Counted from the whole stretch's first letter, positions 24,471-39,300 are shown. The stretch: 63,005 bases of DNA, filler included, from Choristocarpus tenellus KU-1152 (GCA_964200185.2; 11 parts of 11 records of this genome joined end to end with filler, not necessarily neighbours in it); one strand, 5' to 3'. Made by a program: numbers and translations. Notes: generated by a model from the letters alone, not told the origin.

Positions 24471-26428
24471 CATACCGCTATGCACGTTACTACTTTGATT
24501 GAACCGAACTAAAGATAAACGTGGATGAAGCTGTGTTATATACTTGTACCAACACATACAACGTAAGGATAACCATCCATAGGATATTCGATACAGATAT
24601 CCCTAGGAATCCATGTCAATGACACCACTACTTGAGAAAACTGAAATTTGATTGTTTGACAAAATAACACACTCCCAACACTACCGTTTCGTTTCGTTCA
24701 AGAGAAACGCTGCAGGATACTCATTTTTGAACTATGTTTCGAGAATGAGCCTAGTTAGACAAGAAACGCTAGACAAAGATCCACCAAATAGTGTGTCTTC
24801 ACAATTAACACTTCCGATTAATCCCCCTCCTTCGTTCACTCCATGATCCCCACCTAAGCACTTGACCTCCTCGACTGAGCCTCAAACAAACATATACTCC
24901 GACCAAAAAGGATCTGTGTCATCCTACACCCTTCGTCATCTGTCATCTCCAACCACTAACTCCATTCTGTCCACTAATTAGATCCATCCCAACTCAACTG
25001 CGAATGAAAGTGACGTTGTATCTCGTGCACCATTTATCCACACTCTCAAGACTCTCAGCATTCACACTTACAGACTTCAAGAGTAAAGGTCTCCCCTGAG
25101 CCTCGAAATATAAGAGTCCACACAATGATAAGAAATGGTAGAGGAGGCTGCGCTGCGACATCAGGATCATGTGGTATCCTCCAGCCAATCAATGAAAACA
25201 GACCACGGAATATAGTTCTCGGACCTCACTCTCAAACACGTTATTGACTTGCTTCACTGACAACCCTGTAGTATGTAGACCTCTGTAACTTCTTCCTACA
25301 ACCCATCAACCTATTGTACGCCTCCTAGGCTACACCTGCTGTGAGGTGAGTACTCCTGTCTTCTGTCAGAGGAGACTGTGTGGATAGCCCCAAAACTGAC
25401 CTATACACTCCCGAACAACACCATACTTATCACATTCTACAACTTGCTGTGAATTCTCTGGCGGGACAAATTATCAACAATGCACAACAGTGTCTACTAA
25501 ATTAAACACTGATATCAACTCTATCGCTTGACTCGGACCACTGAGCAACAGCAAAGGGATGTACGGTAGATCACAGCATCTTCTCTCTTCTTGCCTGACG
25601 ACCTCGACATCAGTAGCAGCACCTACAACACTAAGGGACACTTGGCCCTTTTCAAACAATGTAACTGTTGTCTAACATACACTCAATCAATATTTGTTCA
25701 ACTCCAAAATGCATGGAATAACTGGTGTATGTAGGTAGCATGGGCAACTCTCCATCGCTTAAGGTCCCAACAGAAAAGGTATACAATAATGATACAAACA
25801 AACCTATCAGCCAACAGATACTCATGGTGTACTGCAATAAGATGCTCTACAAGACAATACATACATAAGCAGATATATACCTCCAAGTGCACTGTTTGTT
25901 GGATGGGGCACTGAAGACTTCCGAACTAGAAAGAAGGGAAATATCATCATCCAGTGGCACAACTTATCTTCCATAAAAGTTCCAACAAAACACCGCCAGT
26001 CTCAAGCGTAGGTACGTCATCCACAGAGTAACATTTCCTCTCTCCGAACCCTTCCTTCCCCTACCCTTCCTCCCCCACCTATCCTACTCTCAAGAGCTTC
26101 CTACTATCGTCAGAGGATGAACTTGGATTGCCTAGGGACCCAAAATATCTTCGGGGGGGGGAACAACATCCCCCACACCTACCCCGGAGTTTCACATTCT
26201 GGCAGCTCATGACACCAGGATCACAAGGAGNNNNNNNNNNNNNNNNNNNNNNNNNNNNNNNNNNNNNNNNNNNNTTAATTAATTAANNNNNNNNNNNNNN
26301 NNNNNNNNNNNNNNNNNNNNNNNNNNNNNNCTTGTGGTGAGAACTCGTACAGCCATTGGTCCCCCTACAGTATCAAGAGCAACATGCCCAAGGTTAACCT
26401 GAACAAGGCTATTAAAGTGTTGACTCAC

Positions 26429-27601
26429 CGCTGAGTGTCTTCCTCCAAGCGCTGCAGTTTGTTCTTCCGCTGCACTGTGTCCACCCTCTGTGCCTGCAGC
26501 TCCTCGATCTTTCGCTTATTCACTGCAACTTTTCCCTCTTCCTATAAGTAAGGATATGAGTGTGTGTTCAGATGCAGAATGAGTGCGCCCGAGGTGATCA
26601 CATGAAATTCACACTCAGAACCTAACGTAGATCGGTAGATGGAGCACTGTAGGATAAAGCGCAAGGATTTCCCAACGTATCAGGCACTACTACTTCATAT
26701 CGAAAGAGAAACCATCGGTCTGCCTAGAGAGAACCTGGTCGAGCAGGCATGTTACACATCCATACGTTGAGTCCTTTATTGATTGACTGCATGCCTGGGG
26801 TTTGTGGTTCACGTACGAAAGCTTTCATCTGGACTGATGTTGCTCATCAATGTGTGGGCTCTTCTTGAAGAGAGAGATCATCCAATTATAGACTTTGCTA
26901 GGTACCGAGCGTTCATTGCCAGACAAGAACAAAATCAATCAATATTCTCTTTACAGGGAAGGGCCGACAGGACTCTGCTGGTGTGATCAATACCACACAG
27001 GTAATCTTCACATTTGTGCAAACCTTGATTATATCTTGCTTCAGTAAGTCCACACGATTTCGTCGAGCAACTGCTAACTTGCTGGGAAAGGACCAGAAAT
27101 AGTTCGACGCTCCGATCTTATCGTTATCCACCAGTTGATCATCTACCAATGCCTGGTTGACATCCTGAGGTTCGCCAGTAGTAGAGGAAGGATCGGGAGG
27201 TCAATGGGTTCCTCGCCGGGACAAAGAAGAGTCCAGGGTAAGACAAGCAGTGCATTTGATTAGAACGAAAATGATAAGGTCATTTGTCTGGATGGTGATG
27301 TACCTTGGATAAAGGACATCCCATATACTTGATATTTAAAACGCTCCTTCTAGAGCGAGGAAGACATAGAGGATTAATTGTATGCATTGGCAATTACCGC
27401 GGGTCGAGATGCTTAGGAGCTAAAGTACCAAAGAATAATTCAACCTAGACTTGGTCCTTGAACCTTGATTGTGTTGATAACAATGCCTTGCTTTGCTCCA
27501 GCCTTCTCAATCTCCTTGAGGTTGAATACTCTTTTGGTGGTGTGATAAATGGCAAGAAGCCTATGACTCTTTTCCTCTGCTGATACACCTTTTCGAACCA
27601 T
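26429..27601 (-). CDS. MND1: Meiotic nuclear division protein 1, first three exons
   Basis: Exons are 27601-27464 (MVRKGVSAEEK...VFNLKEIEKAGAKQGIVINTIK), 27164-27024 (DVNQALVDDQLVDNDKIGASNYFWSFPS) and 26541-26429 (coiled coil). The Mnd1 winged-helix signature KIGxSNYFWSFPS is present. The gene is truncated by the contig end. Confidence 0.95.
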
Positions 27602-29569
27602 GGTTTGGGATGGGGATACTTGGAACAAGGGGGAAAGAGGAGGTATCTACCGCAAACGTCGTGCAACTCAAGATTTTGTAGGTCAACGAACTCTGTTTCT
27701 TGAAAACAAGAGAAGAGAGTTTGAATATTGCGAAGAAAACGCCTCCCATGTGTATATTTTTTTATTGTGACATAGGAGGAGTTAACTCACCCGAATACCA
27801 TACCTCAAGTTGGCCATCTACAACGAAGTTAGAGCTTTCCTAATTATTGGGGAGGGTGGGTTCCATTACTAATATGGTGTGTTTCACATGCCACACCGAT
27901 TGTGCGACGCTGGGAGATACTCCAAATGATTTCCCTTATGTACTCACCCAGTGCAACGAAACACTGATGGTGGGAAAGGAACGTCCAATAGCAAGTACTT
28001 TCTTTGTGGACAAGGGACGTGAAGACGGAATTGAGGGCGAAAACAGTGGCGAGGAGATCTCTGGAGAAGATAGAGATGTAAGTCCTCCCCATATTGGGAT
28101 GAAATGATCGGTCAGGAGAGAGATGTGCAATTGTTTTTTGTGACTTGTGCGGAGACGCATTGAGTCCGTTGGACGCAACTACTATTCTCGAAAGGCAGGT
28201 CTAACGCCCCCCTTGCACTCTTTGGATGAATCATGCGCGCAGAGTGCTATTGATAGGTTTTCCTCGATATGATACCACAACCACGGGCTAATCCCCTGCG
28301 GGCCAATAGGATACAATAGGTCGTCCAGCCACCGTTTCCGGCATAATCAACGGCGTGGAGAAGGAGAGTAAATACTTACACCCCAATTCTATATTCCCAA
28401 AATTTTTTGCTTCATACATTGCTACAGGTGCTCCAGGGAGCCATGGACTTCTTGCTCTGGGTGCTGGGTGTGAATCCGATGTAAATATGTGATCAATTTT
28501 TTTTTCGAGAGACAGAAGATTTATGAAGTAGATTTTTGGGGATATGCATTTGCAGATTATTTGCTGGAGATTTGTTTGCCGTGCTGCCCTAATTCTTTGT
28601 TTTGTTGTGCAGTCATACTAGATTTTGTTGGTTTTCGTATGTCAATAGTAGGGTTGTTTCCATTGCAATGAACTGTGATTTGAGCTGAGGCAATGCCACT
28701 GCCAATTCGGCTACACATCAGCCACTTCATACCACACTATAGGTTCTGCATGCATGTAGTTTATACTCAATTTCATCAACGGTATGTTACGGCTATTTTA
28801 AGTGGTGTACTCATTCGTATTCCTACGCCAGGAGAATGTTTTGGTCATTGCTCATGAAGGCATAGAGCAAAATGACTTCCAAATGAGCGACATGTCCCTG
28901 CATTGGGAAGTAGAGAAGGTTTTGTAGTTAAGGTCGTGGCATCTATTCTATGCACAGTAAGGATGAATGTTGTGCAGGTGAACATACTTTTCTGGTGATC
29001 CATATCTGTAGTGTATATTCAACCGATTTATGTTGCAGTTTCCACAATTGCTGCAATGCTACCAGGACTGTGTATGTTCCACTACTTCAGCTCTGCAAGG
29101 GTAGACTCAGCAGGGTTTTTTTCCTGAATATATTTCGTTTTTCCAGTCTAGCACGTATTGTAGAATATCTGTTTCCTTCACACTCTACAGTGAGAAGACT
29201 AGAGGCTTATCCTTTGCACCTACCGTGCCCACCACTGCCCCCCTATCCATATCGTATTATGTAGCCACCAATCTATCTGGAAGAACATTAACCCGCTCAA
29301 TAGTAATGCATGATACTGTAGTAGATGGTTTCATAAGCTTTTCTTGGCTTTCCCAACCAGATAGGCACTTCCTGTATTTCTTTCCTTGTTTTTGTGTATT
29401 TTTATTGAGGGAGAAAGTGTTGGCATTTCTAAGGTATGAACAGGCACCAGCAGAGGGTGGCATGAGCGACTCTTGATTTCTCATGCTTTCACCCAGTCCT
29501 TGAATGAAACGCAAGGTTTGATTAACACCCAAGATAACCTGGGGCTGAGAGAGATACATCACTTGTAAC

Positions 29570-30310
29570 TTGGTGGGACAATCTTTTTTGTCTGACCTCG
29601 AAGTACAACTCTTGCAGTCAGTGATGCAGGAGAATATTTCAAGACGACAAACTTAGTGCACAAAACTCTTGACACATCATGTGTTAATTGGACAAATACA
29701 CGACTGTAGGTACACATCTTGTGTATAGTGTGAGCTTAGTGAACCTGCACAACTAATACCAGTGTCATTCTGAATCTGGGCTTGTTCACAGTCCACCATA
29801 ATGCATTGAGTTCATTTCTGCCCTAGTTGACCAAAGGCATTCCAGGGTATCATTGTATTCATTTGTTCCTCAGGCATCCTTAGTAGGGATCATGAAGGGC
29901 ACTACTTTGCCCTTCCAGTCAGTAATGGCTAGAATGGAATATGATCTACTGAGGACCATCTATCTTGTGTAGTATTATGGATATCCTGATTATATGTGTG
30001 CTTGGATCACCCTTCAATAGCAGGTATAGTCGCATGGACACCAGCAATGAGCAGTGCTTTCTTTTAGTACAAACACAGTAGTGGTCCTATGATTGTGTGA
30101 AAGTGGACCTTCCCTTTGGATGTCTGGAAATGAGTAAGTCACATTAAAGACAGCGTAGAACACATTTTTTGTGAGGTTGCCCAGTGTGGGGGGACACATG
30201 TAACACAGTGAAACTCTACTCATGATCTGTAGTTGCAGTGGACAGTAGCTCGTTGCAACTTGACATTCCACTATGCTGTGTAGTTGGTTGTTCCTTTTTC
30301 CCCCCAAGGA
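29570..30310 (-). mobile_element. Highly decayed Ty1/copia pol fragment
   Basis: Minus-strand remnants IP...W...AEMNS and ARVVLRG resemble the copia RT N-terminus (W..A...EM.S; KARLVARG). Many stops and frameshifts. Confidence 0.35.
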
Positions 30311-31415
30311 TACAGTGCAATTGCCGTTGTATCAACACAAAAAGGTCCTCTCCCACCCAGTCCAGGTTGCTCTTGGTCTGGCAAATAAATCTTCTATACT
30401 GTGAATCAGCTCAGCCTGCGAATGAACATCTTGTATGGAGTACATCAATAATCTGGAATTTCTGGAACTACCTTCTAAACACGTGTGGGATGTTACACTC
30501 ATGCACTGACTGATATATGGGATGGGACGAACTCCATGTATATTCGATTATTTTTTGTATAATCATGTCCCACTCGACTTGTGGTCGACTGGGCGATCAC
30601 ATTGATAGATGCATTATACATGGAGATGGTGTATGTGAATCGTGTGATTCTGAGGGGGCGTGTGGTTGAGTTCAGGCAAGGGTGGTGAAGAGAATCACTG
30701 GGCAATACGGACCAAGACAAACTGGATGGAGAAGACGAGGTTAACATTGGACACGAAGGCAAGAAGTGAGGAGGTGGAGAGGATCACTGATCGGATGGGG
30801 TTCAGATAAGAATTCTGTCAAATATGGCAGATCCCCCTTCGAAAAATATCCTGGTGAAGGGACATGGGAAGTCATTAAAGTGTACATATTTTTATTATTT
30901 GAAATGTATCCTTCCAAAGATCCTCCATAGTTAAACTGAAGTTCTCCTCAAACAATGTCTATATATTGTGTACACCAATTAAGGTATGTCAACAAACCTA
31001 ATTTTCAGCAATTTGATTAATTTATAACGATTACTCCTACTACTTTTATGAACGTTATTGTTATCTTGGTTTGACTTTTCCCCTAACATATTTTATATAA
31101 TACTACAATATTTGTATTATTATGCCCTCTGACATTTTGCAGATGTGTCAAGGGGGAAACCAATGAAAACTATATATTTGTCGTTATTAGCCCTAAGGAA
31201 ATAAAATATCCTAAACATAAGAACACGATAAAACATTGTAAGTGTGGAAACCACTAACAAGTTACTTCACCACTATCAACTATTGTACTACTGTCTTCCT
31301 TATCTTCCCATCTACNNNNNNNNNNNNNNNNNNNNNNNNNNNNNNNNNNNNNNNNNNNNTTAATTAATTAANNNNNNNNNNNNNNNNNNNNNNNNNNNNN
31401 NNNNNNNNNNNNNNN

Positions 31416-31521
31416 GTTGCCGACGTTGGATAGATAAAGTAAATCCACTTTTCCTTATTTTTCCCCAAAGGGACCCCCGGGGGTCGCCCCCCCCCCCCCC
31501 CCCCCCCAGATATCTGGGGTC
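31416..31521 (+). mobile_element. MITE family B, 3' half
   Basis: CGTTGGATAGATAAAGTAAAT...poly-C...CAGATATCTGGGGTC aligns to the 3' half of 5341-5513. Confidence 0.75.
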
Positions 31522-33350
31522 TTGAAATTCCTTTGACTCAATATAGAACTATGATCGTAAGGGCCCGTCACCTGGGCTGCTTGAGCTGCTTCCTGGTCAT
31601 CTTCAACACCTTGAAATTGGAACGTTTTAGGGGTCTGCACACAGTTGTTTCCAATGTTGTTGCGCACTCCTCCCAGGTATCTTTCAAATTGGTCAGCTTG
31701 CACATCACCCTCCCCTCCCAGCAAGACCTTCCATGTAGATGGTGGCAATACGTTCTAGGCACCCTTCAGCACTAGGGTCGTATTTGAAGGTGCCATATTG
31801 TTGACATTGGCAGGTGTACACCACCTGCCTGTATCAAGGGTTTGTCATTGCCTCTTCGGAAGATTTTCTCAGCAACACTTCTCAACAGTTCAGATCCCCA
31901 AGGGTGAGCGACCCGATATAACTGCTTTACAAATGAAAACAAAGCTGGAGATGGTTGGTCCACAGAAAGGTGGGTATGTTGTCACTAAGGGGGTCATAAT
32001 AATAAAATCATTTGTCAAGACGAAACCGATCAATAAAGTAGGATGTGGGTTCAAGGAGAACATTAAAGATTTGGTTTTGTACTTTCGAACCAGTTATGTA
32101 TGTTGAGTTTTGCATAGACTAAAGGAAGGTACCTCCATGTGGTTATTATCTGCGATATAATATGATTAACGGGCTTATAGGGTTGTATGTATTTTGGGAA
32201 ATTAACTAAGTTGTGGTTAGATGCGTCGATCGAGTGAAGGTCTATCGATTACTGAAGTTGTGCGGTCTTCCTCCTCACATGTTGTGGTCTTGATGTAGGG
32301 TCGTTGAAGCTTGAACTTGGTGCTCTTCCGCATTTAGTTGCGAAATGTACAGGTTGATTGCAGTAAGCAATAAAACTATACTTCAGAACTCCTACAATAA
32401 GCGACACATACATGGACCATTTGTATTCATCTGATATTTAAGCAGGATAGATCTCCACCTGCTATAATAGTCAAGTTGTTACGAAGAAAGGGGGGGATTC
32501 AAACTTGAAGCATACACACTCTTGTAACCAAAATATTAAGGCTTGTTGCAAGGATTGTCGTATGTATGAAAATAATGAGTATAAAGGGGAGAAGACAACA
32601 AAACACAATAGTACATTAGAGATTGGAGAGGAGGAAAGACCATATAAAGAGTACCTTGACCACAAAAGCGACTACAATATCAGATACACCAACACAAAGG
32701 TATTGTAAGCAAAACAGTTGACAAGAAAACAAAATAAGCAGGACTCCTAAACTGACTACTATTGAGGGAGGCGAGAATCAAGGGAAGGATCCCATGAATC
32801 TGTCAAGCCTTTCCTACTAGCCCACCAATCTGGAGTCTCGCCGATTCACAGGGCAAAAAATGATCTCTCTTAAATGCGATTTACAAATCCCTTTCTTCTG
32901 GTGAAATCCTCCACCCCCCTACTTCCTATATGCAATACGAGTATGAAGCTCATCCAGAAATGACTCTCTTTGTTGGGCAAGACACCCAAAGCTTTCTGTT
33001 GTGATGTTTTTGGGGTTAAAAGTATGAGGGTCAAAAGATCGCTCCTTGTAGTTAGGCTTTCGGGTTTCTCCTCCAATAACAATAGGGATTCCTTTGTTCT
33101 TCAAACTTACGTCATACATAACAACGTTCGTTCGTTGTTCTAATTGAGTTGTGAGTATTTTGTTTTGTGTGTATGATGGGTCTATGGCTACATATAACGC
33201 AAAACGTTAAGTTGTCCTATACCAGCGTTACGTTTTCCATAGCGTGGAAGATTATCATATATTTTGATCTCCTCTGCATTTTCTGAGAGCACCTTCTGTT
33301 TCAATCGTCAATGACGAGTGCATACTCCTCCTGTCCTCCTCGTTAGCAGG

Positions 33351-36300
33351 ATGGTGGATTCTGGCGCATCATCTTGGAGTCATACGCACTTCGATGGCTA
33401 TGATCTTCTCGCTATCCCGTCCTCTAAGCCCCCTTCGGTGCTTTTGCTGGACTCGTCCGCCCTTGTTTTAGTACAAAGAATCTCACTAGAGAACGGTTTT
33501 CCACCGTCGTTAGCTAAATGGCAGCCAGCGAGCGGAAGAACAGCTTGCAGTTCAGGAGCATTAGTCTGCGTGGTTCCTGCTGGGGGTGAGGAATGAGATG
33601 CGGTGATGCGAATGGGAGGGGTCGTCCTCTGTTAACGTTTAGTGTCGATGCTTGATATCGTGAACTTCTACCTGACCCTCCTTCCCCTTGTCAATTTAAC
33701 TGAGTGAATACATCTTCATGTGTAGTATCTGTCAAGCAATTGCGCGGATGAAAATTCGAGCGTGTACTGTCAAGTTCTATCCTTCACCCTCCCCCTGCAT
33801 TCGACCTTTGATGGAACGTTTTGGTTCACATGGCACAGAGAGTGGACCAGAGCTGGTGGTCTTCACCCCTAATGCTGTCTACCTCTCTAGTCGGGTGCGG
33901 TACAGTTGGTCATGTGCATCTCGAGTCCCCCTGTCACCATTTCATGGAGGTGTTGGTTGCATCTTGGTGTCATGGTCGTGCCAGGGTCCTTTGGTAGTCG
34001 CTGACCAGGTGAGCCCGCGGTATTCAACCTGTGGTTTCTGTTTCTGTACCGATATATATGCTAGGTTCCTTTTTAGTAAAGTAATTTTTGTAAGGCATGC
34101 CCTCGCCGTGCGCTTGTGCCGCAGGTCTACGAGGTGCTGGGCACGCCAGAAACCATACCTCAATCGTCTGTAAACCTCTTTGCTGAGACCAGGCGATACG
34201 TCATGTTTCAGCCAAAAATCTGCTATTATTTTGTATCTGCAATCATCAATACCTTTGTCCTCTTTTTGGTTCCCTCCACGCCTGCTCTCACCAGCACGAT
34301 GTGGAATTATCATTATCATCAATAACTCCAGTTCAAGACTTCAGATCGAAGTCTAAAGCTCAGCGGGTTTCGAGGATTTTGCGTAACTACTGTACAAGGA
34401 AAACCTAATCTTTGTTTAAAATGAATGTGTGTATCTAAAGTTTACTCTGCATGGTACTTTGCAGTGCTTGGAGGGGGTTTGAGAAGGTTAATCAACCCCT
34501 AGTTGGACTTTCTGTGGGAACAGATTGATTAGATGAGCAAACAAACAATAGGAATGCATCTCCAGAGATTGATATTTGACTTCATGGATAATGAAGTGAC
34601 CGACCTAAAGCACTATCTATATGAGCCCTCCCCCCCTCCCCTTCCTGTTCTCCTTCATCATTACAAGAGAACAGCATCTCTGCGAGATGGTGGTGGTGAG
34701 TCTTCGTAACACACAATATAAGATCAATTAATACCCTCTCCCTATGATACAGGCATTGAGTGTATGGACCAAAAAGAGGAGGAGACTCCATCAATGTCAG
34801 CCAATACCTCCGGCCAAACCTAGAGAGGAGAGTGGCACGTCCCTATCTTCCTCCCCTTCCTCGTCAGTATCGTCCTGGGTAGCTGGCACCTCAACACCTA
34901 ATGGTGAGAGCAAGCTTCAAACACATTCTGGGGAGGATAAAAATGCTTCTCTTCTGTCATGTATGTGGTCATGGCCACAAGACAGGACTGGAGGTGATGC
35001 TCCCTGTGATGCAAACAATGTTACTATTGAGGGTAAGTGTGGACCTAGAGAGGAGATGGGGGTAGGCCCTGAGAAGTCTGGAAGTAGACTTAGAGGACGT
35101 CTGTCTTCGTCAGCAATTGAGGAGCGTAATTTTTTGGCGCTGGCGGCATCTCCGTGTGGTTGCATGTTTGCAACTGCTGTTGAGGGTAGCGTGGAGGTGA
35201 ACATTTGGCTCAGAAGGAAGCAGGATGGGAGCCCGACTGAAGACTTAGGGAGTGGGGTAGGGGCAGGACAGTGGAATTTTCGGACAGGCACCGTGCTCTC
35301 TCATGGCAGCGCTGTGGGACAGTTGGTGTGGGGTAGGGGGCTTGGGAACCAGCAGAACTACCTGCTAACGCTTGATGCTGAGGGGAGGTGAGAAAAAGTA
35401 GGCCCCTGTGCACTTTCTTAATTGTGACTCCCCACACTAGCACATCTTTCCTTTCATGGCTTCGCACCCTGCCAGCTCTCCTTCTTCGCCTACTTGACCT
35501 GTTAATCTGTGTGGTGGTTTCTCATGTCTCGTCTATGTTTGTTATTATGTTGAATTCACAGTAGTAGAAGAGCAGTCATTGGTATTCTCCATTTTTGGCT
35601 ATCTGTGGGCCTTACTATTTTGGCAAAGGCAGGCCTTGGGTTGCAAGGTTTTACATTTCCTGAACCCCAACATAAATGGTTCGCTTGCATACTGAAACGT
35701 TTTCGGAGTTGCCACATGCCAGGTAATGTGTGGCTCAATCTGATACAGAGCATGTTCGAAATATTAATCCGTGCTCTTCCTTTTTTTAAGAGGCAGTTTA
35801 GGAAGGATCGAGGGTGTCACTTGAGGTAGTAAGTCAGGCTTCACTCTTTTTTACCCAGATCTAAATTGTTTTTCATTTTTTCATTGTGTAAATATGACCA
35901 TTTGAAGTGTCCGCTGTCCCCCCCTCACGCGAAAAAATCTTGGTTCTGTGGGTCTAGGTCAAGCAATAATAGATGCACAGACGATGTTACATTGTTGTTT
36001 GCCTGGCACCATCTCTCTATCCACCTTGGCTCTTTCTTTGAAATTATTACGCTGAGCAGTTTATGTAGAACTCTAGTGAAGTAAGGTAGAAATTTGAAGG
36101 ATGTAAGAGTTCTTTACTAATGTTTCGAAGTCTGCAAGGTGATGTAGAACATGTATGGGGCTGTCAGTACTGCTCTCTGCTACAGTACTGAATGGGGAAT
36201 TCAAGATTGTTGCGGACACAGCAGCGGATACCCGAAACAATGGAAGCCTGTGTGAGCTCAATTTTGTCAGTTGAACAGACCTGGTGACATGAAGTGCTTT

Positions 36301-39300
36301 GCATTACTGGAACGATGACTACAAAATGCAACTGCCACGTCATGCTGAAGCAATGCAAATTTGCTGGCAGGGTTTGTGTTGCCATTTGCTCTGCTTGCTT
36401 CATAGTTGCAGTTTCATTAGAGGTTGAGGAACAGAGTTGGCATGGGTACGTTCTTGTGCCTTGCAGCTTTATACCCTTTGCTGCCATGTTGGTGTCTACT
36501 TGTGCATAGAACGTTGACTGCAAAGTACCACTCAATGGAAGGTGTTATTTACATGTCCCTCGCTCTTTCCACCTTTGCCCCCCCCCCCAGTTCAGTTGTG
36601 CATTTCGTCTTATTCTTCTTGTGCGTTTGTACTGTATGGGAAGGTGGTGTTGACCTCTCACATTCTTCCACTTTTTCCTCATTTTTTTTTTCTTACATTT
36701 TATCAATATGTACAGTCAGGTGACATTTTTGTGTGTGATTGCGCTGTTCTAAACGGCACCGTACGGTGTTGTTCTGATAGGCAATTCAAACAATCTCTGC
36801 ATCTGTACCACCTACATAGTATTGCCCCCTTTCCATGTTTGGTGGTGGGGGGTGGGGGGGGCTTGGACTGACATCGCATCCCCAAAGAACCTATTGTAAT
36901 CATGCTAGTCTGGAGAGTTGTGTGTTCATTCTTTGGGCACTGAAGGTGTTCTGACCCTTGACATTTGGTGCTTGTTATTGAAACAGCAAGGTTTATGTTA
37001 GGAATATCAGTGTTGTATGTGTGACCCCCTACGTACCAAGGTGTTGCGCTTGCACACTTGAACACACGTCCTGTTTTGTGGATTTCAGAAATTGGAAGAC
37101 GCCTCCTGGCGCATAGAAACCCAACCCTACTTCGCCCTCAAATATGTGTAACAGAGCAATGACAGCAAACCAACTCTGGGAGTACTATGTGGGTTAAAGT
37201 ATCTTGGGGGGGGGGGGTGGTTTGTGAGGGGGCGTCCGTTTCAAACAACGTTTTTTTTTGCTGACATTTCAAATCCGATACGTGCGACCGAATCACACCA
37301 AAAAAGTGAAAATCGGAAAAAAAGGGTGAAAAACGGACGCCGGCACCCCCCCAGCCCAGATACTTTGACCCTGTGCATTGCATACTTCACGTTTTGATGT
37401 GATCAATAGAAGAGTGACTCAAGACTCATGTTCAGGCAAGCGCTTCCCATACAACCTACAACCTTGTCCCTCTCCAAGTTTCTGTTCCTGTCCACATCCC
37501 CACCCTACCCCCAACCGATATTGTGTTTCACCTTTCCCTGAACCCCCCAAAACAGTGCTCGAGTGTGGGTGGAACATTCTCAGGGTGGGACAAATGAATC
37601 GGTGCTTGAGATGGGCTGTATTAAGTTTGAGCAGGCGGCCTTGATCAAGGCATGGTATGGAGCAGCCTGCAGGTGTGTGTGTGTGTGTGTGTGTATGTGT
37701 GTGTCAAGGAATTGGTCGGGGAATTGGAAGGTGAAGGTGAACCCTTACCTTGTGACAGAATTTGCCGTCTTGAGATGGTAGAATTGGAAAATCCGAGGAT
37801 GTGGAGGGGGACAGGGAAAGTATGACAGGCAGGAGTTACTTCCCGTTGCCTTTTGCACACTTTGCTGATGTAGTGGGGTGTATTGTAATCTGCCAGTTTC
37901 TGGATTTGAGAGGAAGAGTTCTTGTGTCAGGAGAATGTATATATATATATATATATTTCTTTTTCTCTCTTCAATACTCTACTGCGCTTGTTGCATCAAA
38001 TAAGTGCAGAAGATTCGTTTTTGTTTTCTTGTGGATTGCATCTTTCCTCGTTTCATTGAGCAAAGCTAGAGTGGTGCTAAGATTACATGGTTGTGTATAT
38101 ACATTCGCTTTCCCTCTTCATTTAGTCCTGTATCTATGTGTCCCTCTTGGTGGCCAATGTCGTATTTTACTAATATCCGCAGCAAATGGGATCTGTACAA
38201 GTTCATCACTATTAATCCCCCCCCCCCCACTCCAACTCTCTGCCGTCCCGTTCCCTGAATTGCTACCTTTCTCACAAGACTTCGCTCAATTGGCTTTATG
38301 AAGTGGGCTTATTTTGGTACCCACACCAGGGAGCTAAGGCCTGAGGAGGGAACTGCCCCTGGCTCTGCATACCACCTCATGCACCAACAGGAAAATGCAT
38401 CGACAGAAGGAGCACGCTCTACTTCTGGGGACAGCTGGTTGGTTGGCTGCCAGGAGGATGGGAGGTGAGTTTTGTTGTGGATGTGCTGGGACTGGATCCC
38501 AGGGGAGGGTTGGGGTGTGTAGAGGTTGCTCTTGGAATGATGTGTGCGGGTGATACTTGCAAGCAAGGACTGTTCGCTGTGAAAATGTTGTGTTCGTCCC
38601 TGTGAGTACAGCTCTCCTGCCCAGTTTGTGCTGTTTGAGGCATTGAAGCATGTAGTAGGTATTCCCACCAATGACTCATATCCTTGTGGTAGTGCTGGGT
38701 GTATGTCCAGGTGCCAGAAATCCAGATGTATCCCATTTTTCTCTGTCCCTCAGTCATGTATGATTAATAATTTACACTTGCAGTTCTTTCCTGCTTCTGG
38801 TGATACTATCATTGGTTCCTCACCATCTGCCCCCCTCCATCCTCTTCCCTCCCCTGACCCTAAATGCCTCCATATGATCTCACCACCGTTCTCACAGGTT
38901 GCTCCTATGGAGCCTACAGGACACACCACTGCCTGATGGCTGGAGTAAACCCCAGCCAGTTGAGGTGGCCTCCTTGGCGTTGCCCAGCCTAGCCGCTCAC
39001 ACAGAGGGTGTAAATATCGATTCTGTGGTTGCGTCACAACTTGGTCTTTCCATTGAATCAGGGTCGCCTGTGGCCAGGGCTGTTAGCGCTGTGGGCTACT
39101 ACCACTCTGATGGCCGTGGGGCCCCCAGTGAGGTTCAGGCTGTGGCCTGCTCAGGAAATGGCCAAGTTACTGTTGTGACCGCCAGGGTGCAACGGGATCG
39201 TGTCCGTGCGAAGTACATATTTAGAAACGTACGCTCTGTGGCGCTACCGTTGACAACATCAAGGGAGAGACCCGATTCTGGGATGAGTGATCAGTCTGTG

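Noticed and set aside
28372-28400. ATACTTAC as U1 snRNA 5' end
   Set aside because: It continues ACCCC rather than CTGG, with no U1 stem-loops or Sm site.
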